IMG/VR virus record: IMGVR_UViG_3300024181_000001
Coordinates: 1-41,766 of that record
Strand: one strand, 5' to 3'
DNA length: 41,766 bases
Source of the DNA: a virus
Taxonomy: Duplodnaviria > Caudoviricetes
Shown here: positions 9,897-19,147 of the stretch, one piece after another
How positions within the stretch are numbered: position 1 is the first letter of the stretch
Layout: each line of letters starts with the position of its first letter
Program-made: the position numbers and the translations under genes
Notes under the pieces: generated by a model
Databases searched by the model: none
What the model was told of the DNA's origin: nothing
The model's input: only the letters and a program-made list of their open reading frames with translations

Positions 9897-9958
9897 AGTG
9901 AGCACTCACTGTCGCCGAAATGCACGATTTGACACGCTCGCCATTGTGGTATCACACT
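9897..9958 (+). promoter_or_regulatory. Palindromic operator plus probable promoter for the head operon
   Basis: AGTGAG-CA-CTCACT palindrome (9897-9910); TTGACA at 9929-9934; -10 element ambiguous. Confidence 0.45.
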
Positions 9959-9984
9959 AGCCGCACTCCCCAAGGAGGATGTCC

Positions 9985-10782
9985 ATGAAACTGCGCCAGT
10001 ATCTCTCCCTGCCCGTCGTAGGTGTCCCGGGCGCCAACGCTGGCCTCGTCTTCGCCGGCAACCTCCCCGACAACGCAAGCCTCGTCACCGCGCTCAACCA
10101 GCTCTACCAGAACGCGCAATACGCCGGCGGCGGGGTCAACTTCTCGACTTCCTCGGCGACCTCGGCCACCCTGACGGCACTCGGCAATTACCTCTACCAG
10201 TTCACCGCCGGGTCGGCCACGACCCTGACGCTCGACTACGCCTACAACATCGTCAACGCCCTGCCGCAGCCGGTGTTCAACGGCCAGAAGTTCCAGTTCC
10301 AAATCCAGACCAACGCCGCCACCACCATCGCCACCCCGACGCTGTCAAGCTCTTCGGGCGGGGTGACGCTGGCCGGCGGGTCGACCGCGGTGCTGGCCGC
10401 CTCGAGCCGCTGGTATCAGGGCCAAATCACGCAGTTGACCTCGACTTCGGGCATCGCCACCACGGCGGGCACCACCTTCGTCTCGCTGACCCGGGTTGGC
10501 TCGACCAACGCCTTCACGCTGGTGCTGGGAACGAATGCCATTGTCCCGGTCGAGGGCCAGGTGGTGTTCCTGAATGTCACCGCCGGGACGCTGCCCTCGG
10601 GCTGGTACCCGATCGCCAAGGTCACCTCGGCGACCTCGATGGTGATCATGACCCCGAACAGCCAGGTCTGGACGATGACCGCCGGCACCATCGGCACCTC
10701 CACCGCCGCTCCGGCCACTTTCAGCCCGCTGGTGACCATCACCGGCCTATGGGCGCTGGTCGTCAGCACGGCGTCGGTCTGA
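9985..10782 (+). CDS. Putative capsid decoration protein with leader peptide variant
   Basis: AGGAGG RBS; Thr/Ala/Gly-rich beta protein; N-terminus MKLRQYLSLPVVGV. Confidence 0.7.
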   Translation: MKLRQYLSLPVVGVPGANAGLVFAGNLPDNASLVTALNQLYQNAQYAGGGVNFSTSSATSATLTALGNYLYQFTAGSATTLTLDYAYNIVNALPQPVFNGQKFQFQIQTNAATTIATPTLSSSSGGVTLAGGSTAVLAASSRWYQGQITQLTSTSGIATTAGTTFVSLTRVGSTNAFTLVLGTNAIVPVEGQVVFLNVTAGTLPSGWYPIAKVTSATSMVIMTPNSQVWTMTAGTIGTSTAAPATFSPLVTITGLWALVVSTASV

Positions 10783-10783
10783 C

Positions 10784-11233
10784 ATGCTGACTCCGATCCC
10801 GGCCGGTATCGTCCCGGAAAAGGCGGCGCTCTACGCCTACTTCGCGCTGCTGTCGAACGCCAACAGCTATTGCGGGCAGATGGTCGATGTCACCACCGCC
10901 GGCACCAACTCGACCCTGACCGCGGCGCAGGCCATCGCCCGCGTGGTGCATCTCTTGGCCGGAGCCTCCGGCGGCTTCACCGTGACCCTGCCGGCGACGA
11001 GTGTGATCATCAGTGCGCTCGGTCCCACCATCCCCACCGATGGGACGTACGGCCAGCCGTTCTCGATTCTCAACGACGGTGTAGGCCAGACCGGAACCCT
11101 CACCGCCGGGGATGCGAGCACCACCATCACCGGGACGGCTACCGCCTTGACCGACACCCGGCGCGACTTCTTCCTGACGGTTACGAGCCCCACGACCATC
11201 ACGATTCAGAACATGGGGAGCGCGGCGATATGA
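10784..11233 (+). CDS. Putative capsid decoration/cement protein
   Basis: TLTAAQ...FTVTLPAT...ALGP...LTAG pattern; directly upstream of scaffold. Confidence 0.7.
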   Translation: MLTPIPAGIVPEKAALYAYFALLSNANSYCGQMVDVTTAGTNSTLTAAQAIARVVHLLAGASGGFTVTLPATSVIISALGPTIPTDGTYGQPFSILNDGVGQTGTLTAGDASTTITGTATALTDTRRDFFLTVTSPTTITIQNMGSAAI

Positions 11234-11985
11234 ACCGACTCCTGCGTTACCTGTTCCTCGGCGTGGTCGAGGGCGAACCGGAACCGGCCGCACCGGAACC
11301 GACGGCTGAGCCGGGCGATGATCTATTCGGTGATGATGGCACCCTGCTCGACGCCGCAGAGGAAGGCGGCGGCACTCCCGCAGCGGAGCCGGAGGAAACG
11401 CCCGCGCTCAAGGAAGCCAAGCGCCGGGCGGACGAGGCCGAAGCACGGGCCAACGACGAGAGGAGCCGCCGCGAGGCGCTGGAACGCGCCGCGCCCGCTC
11501 CCACTCCGCAACGCGACCCCGACTTCGAGCGCGAGGAAATGGAGTTGCGGCAAGCCCGCGAGGGCGGCGCGACGCCGGAGCAGATCGCGTGGCTGCAATG
11601 GAAGATCGACAGCAACCGCAAGATCAGGACCACCGAGAGAAGCGCCGGATCGGCGCTGCAGGAAGCCCGCGACTTGGCCGACCGCACCGCCTTCGAGCGC
11701 TTGGAGATCACCCATCCCAAGGTCTACCAGCGCTACGCGAGCCGCGTGGACGCCGCCGTGGCCGACATGCGCGCCAAGGGCCAGCAAGTCCCGCCGCGCG
11801 CGGCCATCCTGCGGCTGATGATCGGCGACGATCTGCTTGCGGGCAAGGTCGCGCCGAAGAAAAAGGCGGCACCCGTGGAACGGGGACGGACACCGGGCAT
11901 CCGGTCGGACGTTCGCGGCAACGGCAAGGGCAGCATGACGGAGCACGAAAAGCGCAAGGCACGGCTGCAAAACGTCAGAATCTAA
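11230..11985 (+). CDS. Capsid scaffolding protein
   Basis: Acidic Pro-rich N-region, coiled coil, basic C-terminus; immediately upstream of MCP. Confidence 0.8.
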   Translation: MNRLLRYLFLGVVEGEPEPAAPEPTAEPGDDLFGDDGTLLDAAEEGGGTPAAEPEETPALKEAKRRADEAEARANDERSRREALERAAPAPTPQRDPDFEREEMELRQAREGGATPEQIAWLQWKIDSNRKIRTTERSAGSALQEARDLADRTAFERLEITHPKVYQRYASRVDAAVADMRAKGQQVPPRAAILRLMIGDDLLAGKVAPKKKAAPVERGRTPGIRSDVRGNGKGSMTEHEKRKARLQNVRI

Positions 11986-11995
11986 CGGAGCACAC

Positions 11996-13414
11996 ATGAA
12001 CAAGTTTTGGCACTCCCTCTCTGCTTTTCTGACGCTGGGGGTCGTGAATCTCAGCACCTCCGACAATCTGCAAGCCGACATCGTCCCCTACATCCAGGAG
12101 GAGGTCGAGCCGCTGGCACGACGGCAACTGGTGGCCTACCAGTTCGGCAAGCCCCTGCATCTGGACGTGAATCGGGGACTGACCTACACCGCCACCCGGT
12201 TCGAGCGCCTGCCGCTCCCCTTCGCCCCGCTGCAGGAGGGGGTCGCCCCGGCGGGTGAAGCGATCAGCATCGTGCAGGTCTCTGCGACCGCCCAGCAGTG
12301 GGGCGACAGCGTGACGCTGACCGATGTGGCGAACATCACCGTGTTCCATCCCCCGTTCCAGCAGGCGATTCAGCTCATCAGCCTGCAGATGCCGGAAACG
12401 CTGGAACGCAACACCTTGAACACCCTGATCGCCGCCAATCAAGTGAACTTTGCGAATGGCAGAGCCAACCGGGCGGCGCTGGTCGCAACCGATGTCATGA
12501 CCCCGCACGAAGCGAACAAGATCTGGGCCTCGCTCGTCGGCTACGGCGCCCCGCGCTTCAACGGCGACGAGCGCGAGGACATGATGCTCGAAGCCGGCAG
12601 CTATCGCGACCCCTCGAAGTCGCCCGCCGTGATGCAGCACTACGTCGCTCTCATCAGCCCGTTCCCGGCGCAGGACATGCGCGAATCGAGCCAGGTCAAC
12701 ACCGCTTGGGCATTCTCGGACGTGAACCGGCTCTACAACAACGAGCTGGGCGCCTGGGGCGGTTTCCGCTGGTGCGAAACCAACATGATGCCGTACTGGA
12801 CCGGCGTAGCGCTGGTCACGGGGACGCCATCCGCAACCGGCGGCAACCTCGGCACGTCCTCGACCTACAACATCCAGGTGACGGCGGCGCCGTTCCAGAC
12901 CTCGGTCGAGCAGAAGATCTATCAGGTCTCCGGCAACATCAGCGTCACCGGCCCCAACGGCAGCATCAGCGTCACCCTGCCGACCCTGCCGGGCTACGTC
13001 TTCAACGTCTACATCGGCACTACCGCCAGCCCGCAGAATCTCGCCCTCTCCGCCTCCGGTCCCACCACCGGACCCCTGGCGGGACAGGCGACGCAATTGG
13101 CCTCGGGTTCCACCGTCGTGCTGACCGGGATCGGTGTTGCCCAGACCCCTCCGGCAGCGCCAGCAACCGGCGTTACCGTGTTCCCGACGCTCTTCATCGG
13201 CAACCACAGCTACGGCCAGGTTTTGCTCGAGAACCCGGAATTCTTCTACCTCACGGGTGCTGACAAGAGCGACAAATTGAACCAGACTCGAGTAGTCTCG
13301 TGGAAAATGTTTTACGGTAGCATCCTGTTAAATCAGGCGTTTTTGGCTCGGGTCGAGTCAAGCTCTGCCTTCGCGCCGGGCTACAGTGCCGGCACGATGG
13401 CCGACGCGTCCTAG
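11996..13414 (+). CDS. Major capsid protein (N4-gp56-like HK97 fold) with inserted beta domain
   Basis: PLQEGVAP, QQWGDSVTLTD, ELGAWGGFRWCETN, DKSDKLNQTRVVSWK motifs; GGAG RBS. Confidence 0.9.
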   Translation: MNKFWHSLSAFLTLGVVNLSTSDNLQADIVPYIQEEVEPLARRQLVAYQFGKPLHLDVNRGLTYTATRFERLPLPFAPLQEGVAPAGEAISIVQVSATAQQWGDSVTLTDVANITVFHPPFQQAIQLISLQMPETLERNTLNTLIAANQVNFANGRANRAALVATDVMTPHEANKIWASLVGYGAPRFNGDEREDMMLEAGSYRDPSKSPAVMQHYVALISPFPAQDMRESSQVNTAWAFSDVNRLYNNELGAWGGFRWCETNMMPYWTGVALVTGTPSATGGNLGTSSTYNIQVTAAPFQTSVEQKIYQVSGNISVTGPNGSISVTLPTLPGYVFNVYIGTTASPQNLALSASGPTTGPLAGQATQLASGSTVVLTGIGVAQTPPAAPATGVTVFPTLFIGNHSYGQVLLENPEFFYLTGADKSDKLNQTRVVSWKMFYGSILLNQAFLARVESSSAFAPGYSAGTMADAS

Positions 13415-13462
13415 TCTCCTGTCCGCCGCCCCTCTCTCGGCGGGCTTGCCGCAAGGCCGCCT

Positions 13463-13488
13463 GACCCTGGCGCACAGGGTCGCTTTTT
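13463..13488 (+). terminator. Probable intrinsic terminator after MCP
   Basis: GACCCTG-GCGCA-CAGGGTC stem followed by GCTTTTT. Confidence 0.6.
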
Positions 13489-13500
13489 CAGGAGCGATAG

Positions 13501-14100
13501 ATGCCGTTCACCGACGAACAACGCGCCAAGGCCCTCGCCTCGCGCAAGCGTAACCGCGCGCTCAGGAAAGCCGTGGCCGAGGGCACCGTGCACGCCGAAC
13601 TGGTCGACGCTGCCGGGGCGAGCCCGCGGGAGAAGGAACTGCTCGAGCGCATCGCCAACCTGCAATCGCAACTCGGGGTCGCCAACGCCGCTAGGAGCGA
13701 AGCCGAGCAGGCGGCGATCACCGCGGCCTCGGACCTCTTCAGCGACGCCGAGGAGAAGGCCACCGGCAAGAAGGTGAAGGTGAAGCGCCTGGATTGCTAC
13801 AAGGAAGTCGGGTTCAAGGACGATGGCCGGCCCATCCTCAAGCCGGTGTTCAAGACGGTGGAACTCCCCACCTACGCCTACCGCATCAACATGCCGCCAG
13901 TGGGCGGGGTCGCGATCAAGATCAACGGCGATCTGGAGCTCTATCACGGCGCGACCTATGTCCTCGACCTCGACACTCTGAGGACGGTGAAGTCGATCGT
14001 CGGCAACCTCTGGGCGCACGAGCGCCAGATCCACGGCACCGACGAGAACGCCTATCGCAAGCCCACCCATCGGGTGTTCTCGATGCGGGGTGGCGCATGA
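13501..14100 (+). CDS. Hypothetical protein (head module)
   Basis: AGGAG RBS; phage-typical codon usage. Confidence 0.8.
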   Translation: MPFTDEQRAKALASRKRNRALRKAVAEGTVHAELVDAAGASPREKELLERIANLQSQLGVANAARSEAEQAAITAASDLFSDAEEKATGKKVKVKRLDCYKEVGFKDDGRPILKPVFKTVELPTYAYRINMPPVGGVAIKINGDLELYHGATYVLDLDTLRTVKSIVGNLWAHERQIHGTDENAYRKPTHRVFSMRGGA

Positions 14101-14504
14101 ACGAGGAGGGCCAACGCCTCGCCGCCGGCAACTTCACCCTCACTGGAGTCCTCGCCGAGGGCAAGCGCCAGATCGCCATGACCGGCTACGTCTACAGCGA
14201 CGATACGCCCGAGGAGATCAACGCCCGCCTCGACCGCTTTCAGGACGCCATCGACCGCCAAGTGCTGCGCGCGGAGATGAAGGTCAAGGAGGACGAGATC
14301 AAGAGGAATGAGGCAGGGATCGAGCAATTGGCGCAGCACTACGAGATGCTGACCCGGCGCAAGCAGACGGGCAAGAAGCTCACCAGTCAGGAAATTGACC
14401 AGCTCGACAAGTACGAATCGTCGACGGAATTCCTGCGCCGGTCCAATGCGGCCGCCCGCGCGGCGATTGCGGATGCCAAGAAGCGGCTCAATGGAGCGGC
14501 TTGA
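14097..14504 (+). CDS. Coiled-coil hypothetical protein
   Basis: ATGA overlap; MNEEGQRLAAG... helical C-terminus. Confidence 0.75.
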   Translation: MNEEGQRLAAGNFTLTGVLAEGKRQIAMTGYVYSDDTPEEINARLDRFQDAIDRQVLRAEMKVKEDEIKRNEAGIEQLAQHYEMLTRRKQTGKKLTSQEIDQLDKYESSTEFLRRSNAAARAAIADAKKRLNGAA

Positions 14505-15241
14505 TGCAAGCGGCAGCCATCTGCCTGCTCGCCTCGCGCATTGCCAAGGGCGGCACCGGGATGGTCGGCATCGCCGGGCAGATGCTCAACCTCGCGCTGG
14601 AGGATCTGGTCCTCAACCGTGATCTGAAAGTCAATCGGATCACCCAGATCATCACCGTAGGCCCCGGCACCTACGGTCCGTTCGCGCTGGAAGCCGATTA
14701 CCTGCGCACCTACGATCTGTTCTACCCGATGCCCGCCAGCGGCGGGGGAACGTCGAGCGGCATTACCATCTTCCTCGACCCGATTACGATGGAGCAGTTC
14801 GACGCCGAGTTCAAGTCGCCGAGCGTGTCGAACTACCCCTACGAGTACGCCACCGACACCTCGGATCAGGCGCAGACGCTCGTCAACGGTGTGGTGACCT
14901 CGGCGGGCGGGCTCTTCATCTATCCGCAGTCGAGCGGCAGCATCGCCATCACCCATCGCTACATGCGTAACCGCGACCCCATCCTCAATCCGCAAACCTC
15001 GGCGGTGGCACCGTGGTTCGCCTTCACTGACTATCTGGTGCAGGCCACGGCCGGGCGGATGATGGGCGTCACGGGGGATGATCGGCACGATGCCTACATG
15101 GCGCAGGCTGAGCAGATGCTGCGGCCCTATCTCATCATGGGTTCGAACGATGAGCAGCAGGCGGTTCACAATGTCAGATTGGATCCGCGCCATTGGAGAA
15201 CATCGCGCGGCGCCAAGCCTGTGAAAAGTTACCCTTACTGA
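14504..15241 (+). CDS. Head-tail adaptor (tail tubular A-like)
   Basis: Position between the MCP region and nozzle; LEADYLR, IYPQ..., PWF...YL motifs. Confidence 0.7.
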   Translation: MQAAAICLLASRIAKGGTGMVGIAGQMLNLALEDLVLNRDLKVNRITQIITVGPGTYGPFALEADYLRTYDLFYPMPASGGGTSSGITIFLDPITMEQFDAEFKSPSVSNYPYEYATDTSDQAQTLVNGVVTSAGGLFIYPQSSGSIAITHRYMRNRDPILNPQTSAVAPWFAFTDYLVQATAGRMMGVTGDDRHDAYMAQAEQMLRPYLIMGSNDEQQAVHNVRLDPRHWRTSRGAKPVKSYPY

Positions 15242-15248
15242 TGGCCGC

Positions 15249-17021
15249 ATGGCGATCCCCAACTCCTCGCCGATGCGGTTTACGCCTCGTGGCCTCGTCG
15301 ATGCTTTTGATGCTACCGACCGCTTCCCCGGTGCCTGCCAGACCCTTGCCAACCTGATCTTCGATCAGAGCAACCCGGAACTGGTGATCAGCCGGCCCGG
15401 CGTAACGTCGATCATCGACTTCGCCCAGAACGGGTTCGCAAGCCCCGGCTTCATCAGCATCCAAGCCGGCATCGGCAGCCGCGTCTACGGCATGGTTGCC
15501 ACGGCGTTGACGCCCGGCTTCGATCAGCCGTTCTGCTTCGATACCGCGACGGGGGCATTCGTGGCGATCTCCGGGGTAACCTCGGGCAACGTGCCGGCGA
15601 GTCCGGCGACGCAAGGCGACTGGACGCCCCCAACGCTCGCCAACATCGGGACGATGATCGTCATCACCCACCCCGGATTCAGCGGTACCGGCGCCAACTT
15701 CTTCGGCGTGATCGACATCACCAATCCGGCGGCGCCGGTATGGACCAGTGCGAACACCGTGACCAATCCGCTGCCCGCGGTGCCAGTCGCCGTGGCGAAC
15801 TTCAACAATCGCGCCTATTTCGCCGTGGCGGGGAATCAGCTCTGGTACACCGATGTCCTTACCAACCCACTGACGGTGACCAATGCCACGCAGTTCCTCA
15901 CCTTGGGCGACGCCAGCCCGATCAATGCGCTCGCCGGCCTGCCGCTGCAGACCACGTCCTCAGGCGTGATCCAGGCGCTCACCGTGTTCAAGCAGAACCA
16001 GGTCTGGCAGGTCACCGGCGACACCGTGACCTTCAACTTGAGCGAGAACTATGTTTCGTTGACGATAGGGACCAACGCCCCGCGCAGCGTCGCCCAGAGT
16101 CCGTACGGCCTCTACTTCGGCAGCAGCGGCGGGCCGTACTTCATCGACCTGCTGGGCAGTCTGCGGCCGTTGACCCACAGCCTGCAGGAACTGGAGCCCG
16201 ACGTGCAGGCGCCATTCGAGAATGCAGTCACCCCGACTCGCTGGGCGGCGGCTTACAACTCGACCGTGTATCGGGTCTGCGGCAGCACGATCATCAGGGG
16301 TCGGCAGGCCACGAATGATTACTGGTTCGACGAGCACAAGCGGCGCTGGAACGGCCCCCACACCTTCCAGTACGACTGCGCCTCGGACTTGGCTGGCTAC
16401 TTCGTGCTGTCCAGCGCCAATGTGCCGGGGCAACTGATCCAATCCTTCACCCAGCACAACCCGACGTTCGTCGCCGCGGATTTGGGCACGGCGACCTTCG
16501 CCACGCTGCTGTCCTCGACCTTTCCCAAGGCCGACCCGATGAGCATGAAGCAGGTGGCCGAGAGCCAGATCGAGCTGGCCGCCTCGGGCGGGGACATCAC
16601 TTACACGCTGGTGGCGCAGGACGAGCAGGGCAACACGCTGGAACAGGCGACGATGATCATTCGCGGCGAGACCGGCAACCTGTGGGGCTCGCCGCCGGTC
16701 GGCTCGGGCCTGCTGTGGGGCTCGCACACGACGCTGTGGGGCTCGGTCGCCCAGGGCGGTAGCGGGGCTGTCTGGGGAAATCCCTGCGTGTTCTGGACCC
16801 AGGCGGCCGGCTCGGGTGCATTGTGGGGCGAAGGGGCGCAGAATATCCCCCATACCTACCCCGTGCCGTGGCCCGCCCCCCTGGTGTTCGAGAAGATGCA
16901 ACTGCAAGTCACCGCCCAAGCCAGTGCTCAGGTCTCGATCGGCACCTTCTACGCCCGCTACCAACGTACCGGTTATATGACCCTCGGAACCTTTGCGGAG
17001 CCTGCCCCATGCGTCGTCTGA
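15249..17021 (+). CDS. Tail nozzle (P22 gp10/T7 gp12-like beta-propeller)
   Basis: 590 aa beta-rich; ANFNNRAYF, LTVFKQNQVWQV, IGTNAPRSV motifs; WG-repeat insert. Confidence 0.75.
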   Translation: MAIPNSSPMRFTPRGLVDAFDATDRFPGACQTLANLIFDQSNPELVISRPGVTSIIDFAQNGFASPGFISIQAGIGSRVYGMVATALTPGFDQPFCFDTATGAFVAISGVTSGNVPASPATQGDWTPPTLANIGTMIVITHPGFSGTGANFFGVIDITNPAAPVWTSANTVTNPLPAVPVAVANFNNRAYFAVAGNQLWYTDVLTNPLTVTNATQFLTLGDASPINALAGLPLQTTSSGVIQALTVFKQNQVWQVTGDTVTFNLSENYVSLTIGTNAPRSVAQSPYGLYFGSSGGPYFIDLLGSLRPLTHSLQELEPDVQAPFENAVTPTRWAAAYNSTVYRVCGSTIIRGRQATNDYWFDEHKRRWNGPHTFQYDCASDLAGYFVLSSANVPGQLIQSFTQHNPTFVAADLGTATFATLLSSTFPKADPMSMKQVAESQIELAASGGDITYTLVAQDEQGNTLEQATMIIRGETGNLWGSPPVGSGLLWGSHTTLWGSVAQGGSGAVWGNPCVFWTQAAGSGALWGEGAQNIPHTYPVPWPAPLVFEKMQLQVTAQASAQVSIGTFYARYQRTGYMTLGTFAEPAPCVV

Positions 17022-17839
17022 AACAGTTCCTGAGCCTGGGCGTGATCATTCCGCCGCTGCCGTTCAACATTCAGGACGGGCAGGTGATCGACGCGGTGCC
17101 GGTGATGGCCGACTTCAACCATATTGTCGCCAACGTCAACGCCAATGCCGGGGCGATCACCAACGCCAATTCGATCCCCACCTTCTGCGGCACTGCTGGG
17201 GGCAGCGCCAACGCCATCACCCTCACCCCCAACCCGGCGATCAGCGCCTACCTCGCCGGGCAGCGATTCAGCTTCGTCGCCGGCGCAACCAACACCGCCG
17301 CGGTGACGGTGGCGACCAGCGGCCTCGCCACGCGCAACCTCACCTATGCCGATGGCAGCGCTCTTTCGGGCAACGAGATCCTGTCGGGGGGGGTGTACGA
17401 CATCGAGGACAATGGTTCGCGCTACAACCTGCTCAATTCGGCGCAGGGCAGCGCGATCCTCTCCTGGACGCCGACCATCACCTTCGGCGGGGCCGGGACC
17501 GGCATCACCTACGCCACCCAGACCGGCAAAGCGTTCAAGCTGGGACGGATCGTGTTCTTCGCCTTCTTCGTGCAGTTGACGAGCAAGGGCTCGGCTACCG
17601 GCACCATGCTGGTCAACGGCTTGCCGTATACCATCAACTCCGGCTGGGGTGGCAACAACGGTGGCCCGGCGTTCGTCGAGAATGTGACCTTCACCGGCTA
17701 TCCGCTGGTGTTCTACAACCTCGGGGCGACCACGATGGGCATTCTCGACATCGTCAGCGGCGGCGCTTCGGTCGCCATCACCGACGCCGAATGCACCAAC
17801 ACCAGCAAGTTCGCCGGTTCCATGTTCTATACCGACTGA
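17009..17839 (+). CDS. Tail fibre/receptor-binding protein with N-terminal leader
   Basis: GGAG RBS; DAVPVMADFN anchor, GGSANAITLT...NTAAVT domain, SWTPTITFGG...GRIVF head. Confidence 0.8.
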   Translation: MRRLKQFLSLGVIIPPLPFNIQDGQVIDAVPVMADFNHIVANVNANAGAITNANSIPTFCGTAGGSANAITLTPNPAISAYLAGQRFSFVAGATNTAAVTVATSGLATRNLTYADGSALSGNEILSGGVYDIEDNGSRYNLLNSAQGSAILSWTPTITFGGAGTGITYATQTGKAFKLGRIVFFAFFVQLTSKGSATGTMLVNGLPYTINSGWGGNNGGPAFVENVTFTGYPLVFYNLGATTMGILDIVSGGASVAITDAECTNTSKFAGSMFYTD

Positions 17840-18342
17840 TGCACAACCTTCCGCACGTCGTCAAGACAGACTTCTACGGTCAGCCGAAGAACGTGGCGGT
17901 GGTGGAGCCGTTCGTGCTCGATGCGATGGCGCGCAAGAAGCTGGTGCAACTGGAGCAGGCGGTGGGCCGGCTGCCGCAGTTCGAGTGTCCGTTGAAGCAC
18001 TACTTCGCCGACGGTCTCTACGTGCGCGAGATTTTCATCCCGGCGGGCGTGGTGCTGGTGGGCTACATCCACATGCAGGACTGCGTGACGACCGTTTCTC
18101 AAGGCATCATCGCCATCAATGACGGCAGCGGGCCGCCGGTGCTGGTGCGCGCTCCGTTCACCAGGGCGGTGCCCAAGGGCTCGAAGAAGGCGGGCTACGC
18201 GCTCGCCGACACCATCTGGTGCGATGCCTACGTCAACCCCGACAACGAGCGCGACATCGCCAAATTGGAAGCGCGGTTGACTGCCAATACGCACGAGGAG
18301 TTCCTGTTGCGCAGTCAGCCCCAGTTGGGAGTGAAGCCATGA
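17839..18342 (+). CDS. Cupin-like protein
   Basis: HYFADGLYVREIFIPAGVVLVGYIH motif; coupled between fibre and ejection genes. Confidence 0.75.
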   Translation: MHNLPHVVKTDFYGQPKNVAVVEPFVLDAMARKKLVQLEQAVGRLPQFECPLKHYFADGLYVREIFIPAGVVLVGYIHMQDCVTTVSQGIIAINDGSGPPVLVRAPFTRAVPKGSKKAGYALADTIWCDAYVNPDNERDIAKLEARLTANTHEEFLLRSQPQLGVKP

Positions 18343-19145
18343 GCCTTGCCACGGTGGCGGCGGTGGTCGGCATCGGCGCCGGCGCCAATTCTATCTACCA
18401 GTCCACCCGCAATCGCGGCGGTGGAGGAGGTGGAGGTGGAGGCGGCGCCTCCGCCGTTTACCAGCCGCAGGGTCAGGGCACTATTGATCAGGACTGGCTC
18501 AAGATATTCCAGCAATATCTCGATCAGGGCGGCGATCTGCAAAAGCTGATGCAGATCTTTGTCCCGATACTGCAACAACAGGCTGGAGTCAGTGCCGGCG
18601 CGCAGAAGGACTTGATGGGGGCCGGCGGTCAGTTGTGGCAGACCGCGCAAGACCCACAAAACGCATTGCGCGACAAGCTCCAGCAACAGGTCACCGACGC
18701 CTCGCGTGCCGGCACCTCCGCCCGCGGCATCGGCATGGGCGGCGAGGCGGCGGGGATTGAGAATCAGGACGTGCAGAATTTCCTGCTCAACTGGGAAAAT
18801 ATGAAGCTCGGGCGCGAGGCCACGGGCTTGCAGGGCATGACCGGCGCTTATAACGAAGCTGGGCGGCAAGGGCAGGGCGTGGGACAGAACCTCACCGGTG
18901 CGGCGACGATGCAGACGTTGCCGATGCAGCAATTGCTGGCCGCTCTCGGGGCCGGAGGCAACTATCTTGGCATCGGTCAGAGTGCAAGCAACATCGGCTT
19001 CGGTCAGCAGCAGACCGGGCTCAACAATCTGACGACGGGACTCGGGCAATTGTCGAACCTGTACCGGCCGCAGCAGATCGACTATTCCGGCTACGCTACC
19101 GGCCCCGGGGCGCCGCAAACCGGAGGCCCCGGCGGCGGGTACTGA
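18339..19145 (+). CDS. Internal virion/ejection protein 1
   Basis: Hydrophobic Ala/Gly N-terminus, poly-Gly, Gln/Gly-rich, SARGIG motif. Confidence 0.7.
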   Translation: MSLATVAAVVGIGAGANSIYQSTRNRGGGGGGGGGGASAVYQPQGQGTIDQDWLKIFQQYLDQGGDLQKLMQIFVPILQQQAGVSAGAQKDLMGAGGQLWQTAQDPQNALRDKLQQQVTDASRAGTSARGIGMGGEAAGIENQDVQNFLLNWENMKLGREATGLQGMTGAYNEAGRQGQGVGQNLTGAATMQTLPMQQLLAALGAGGNYLGIGQSASNIGFGQQQTGLNNLTTGLGQLSNLYRPQQIDYSGYATGPGAPQTGGPGGGY

Positions 19146-19147
19146 TC

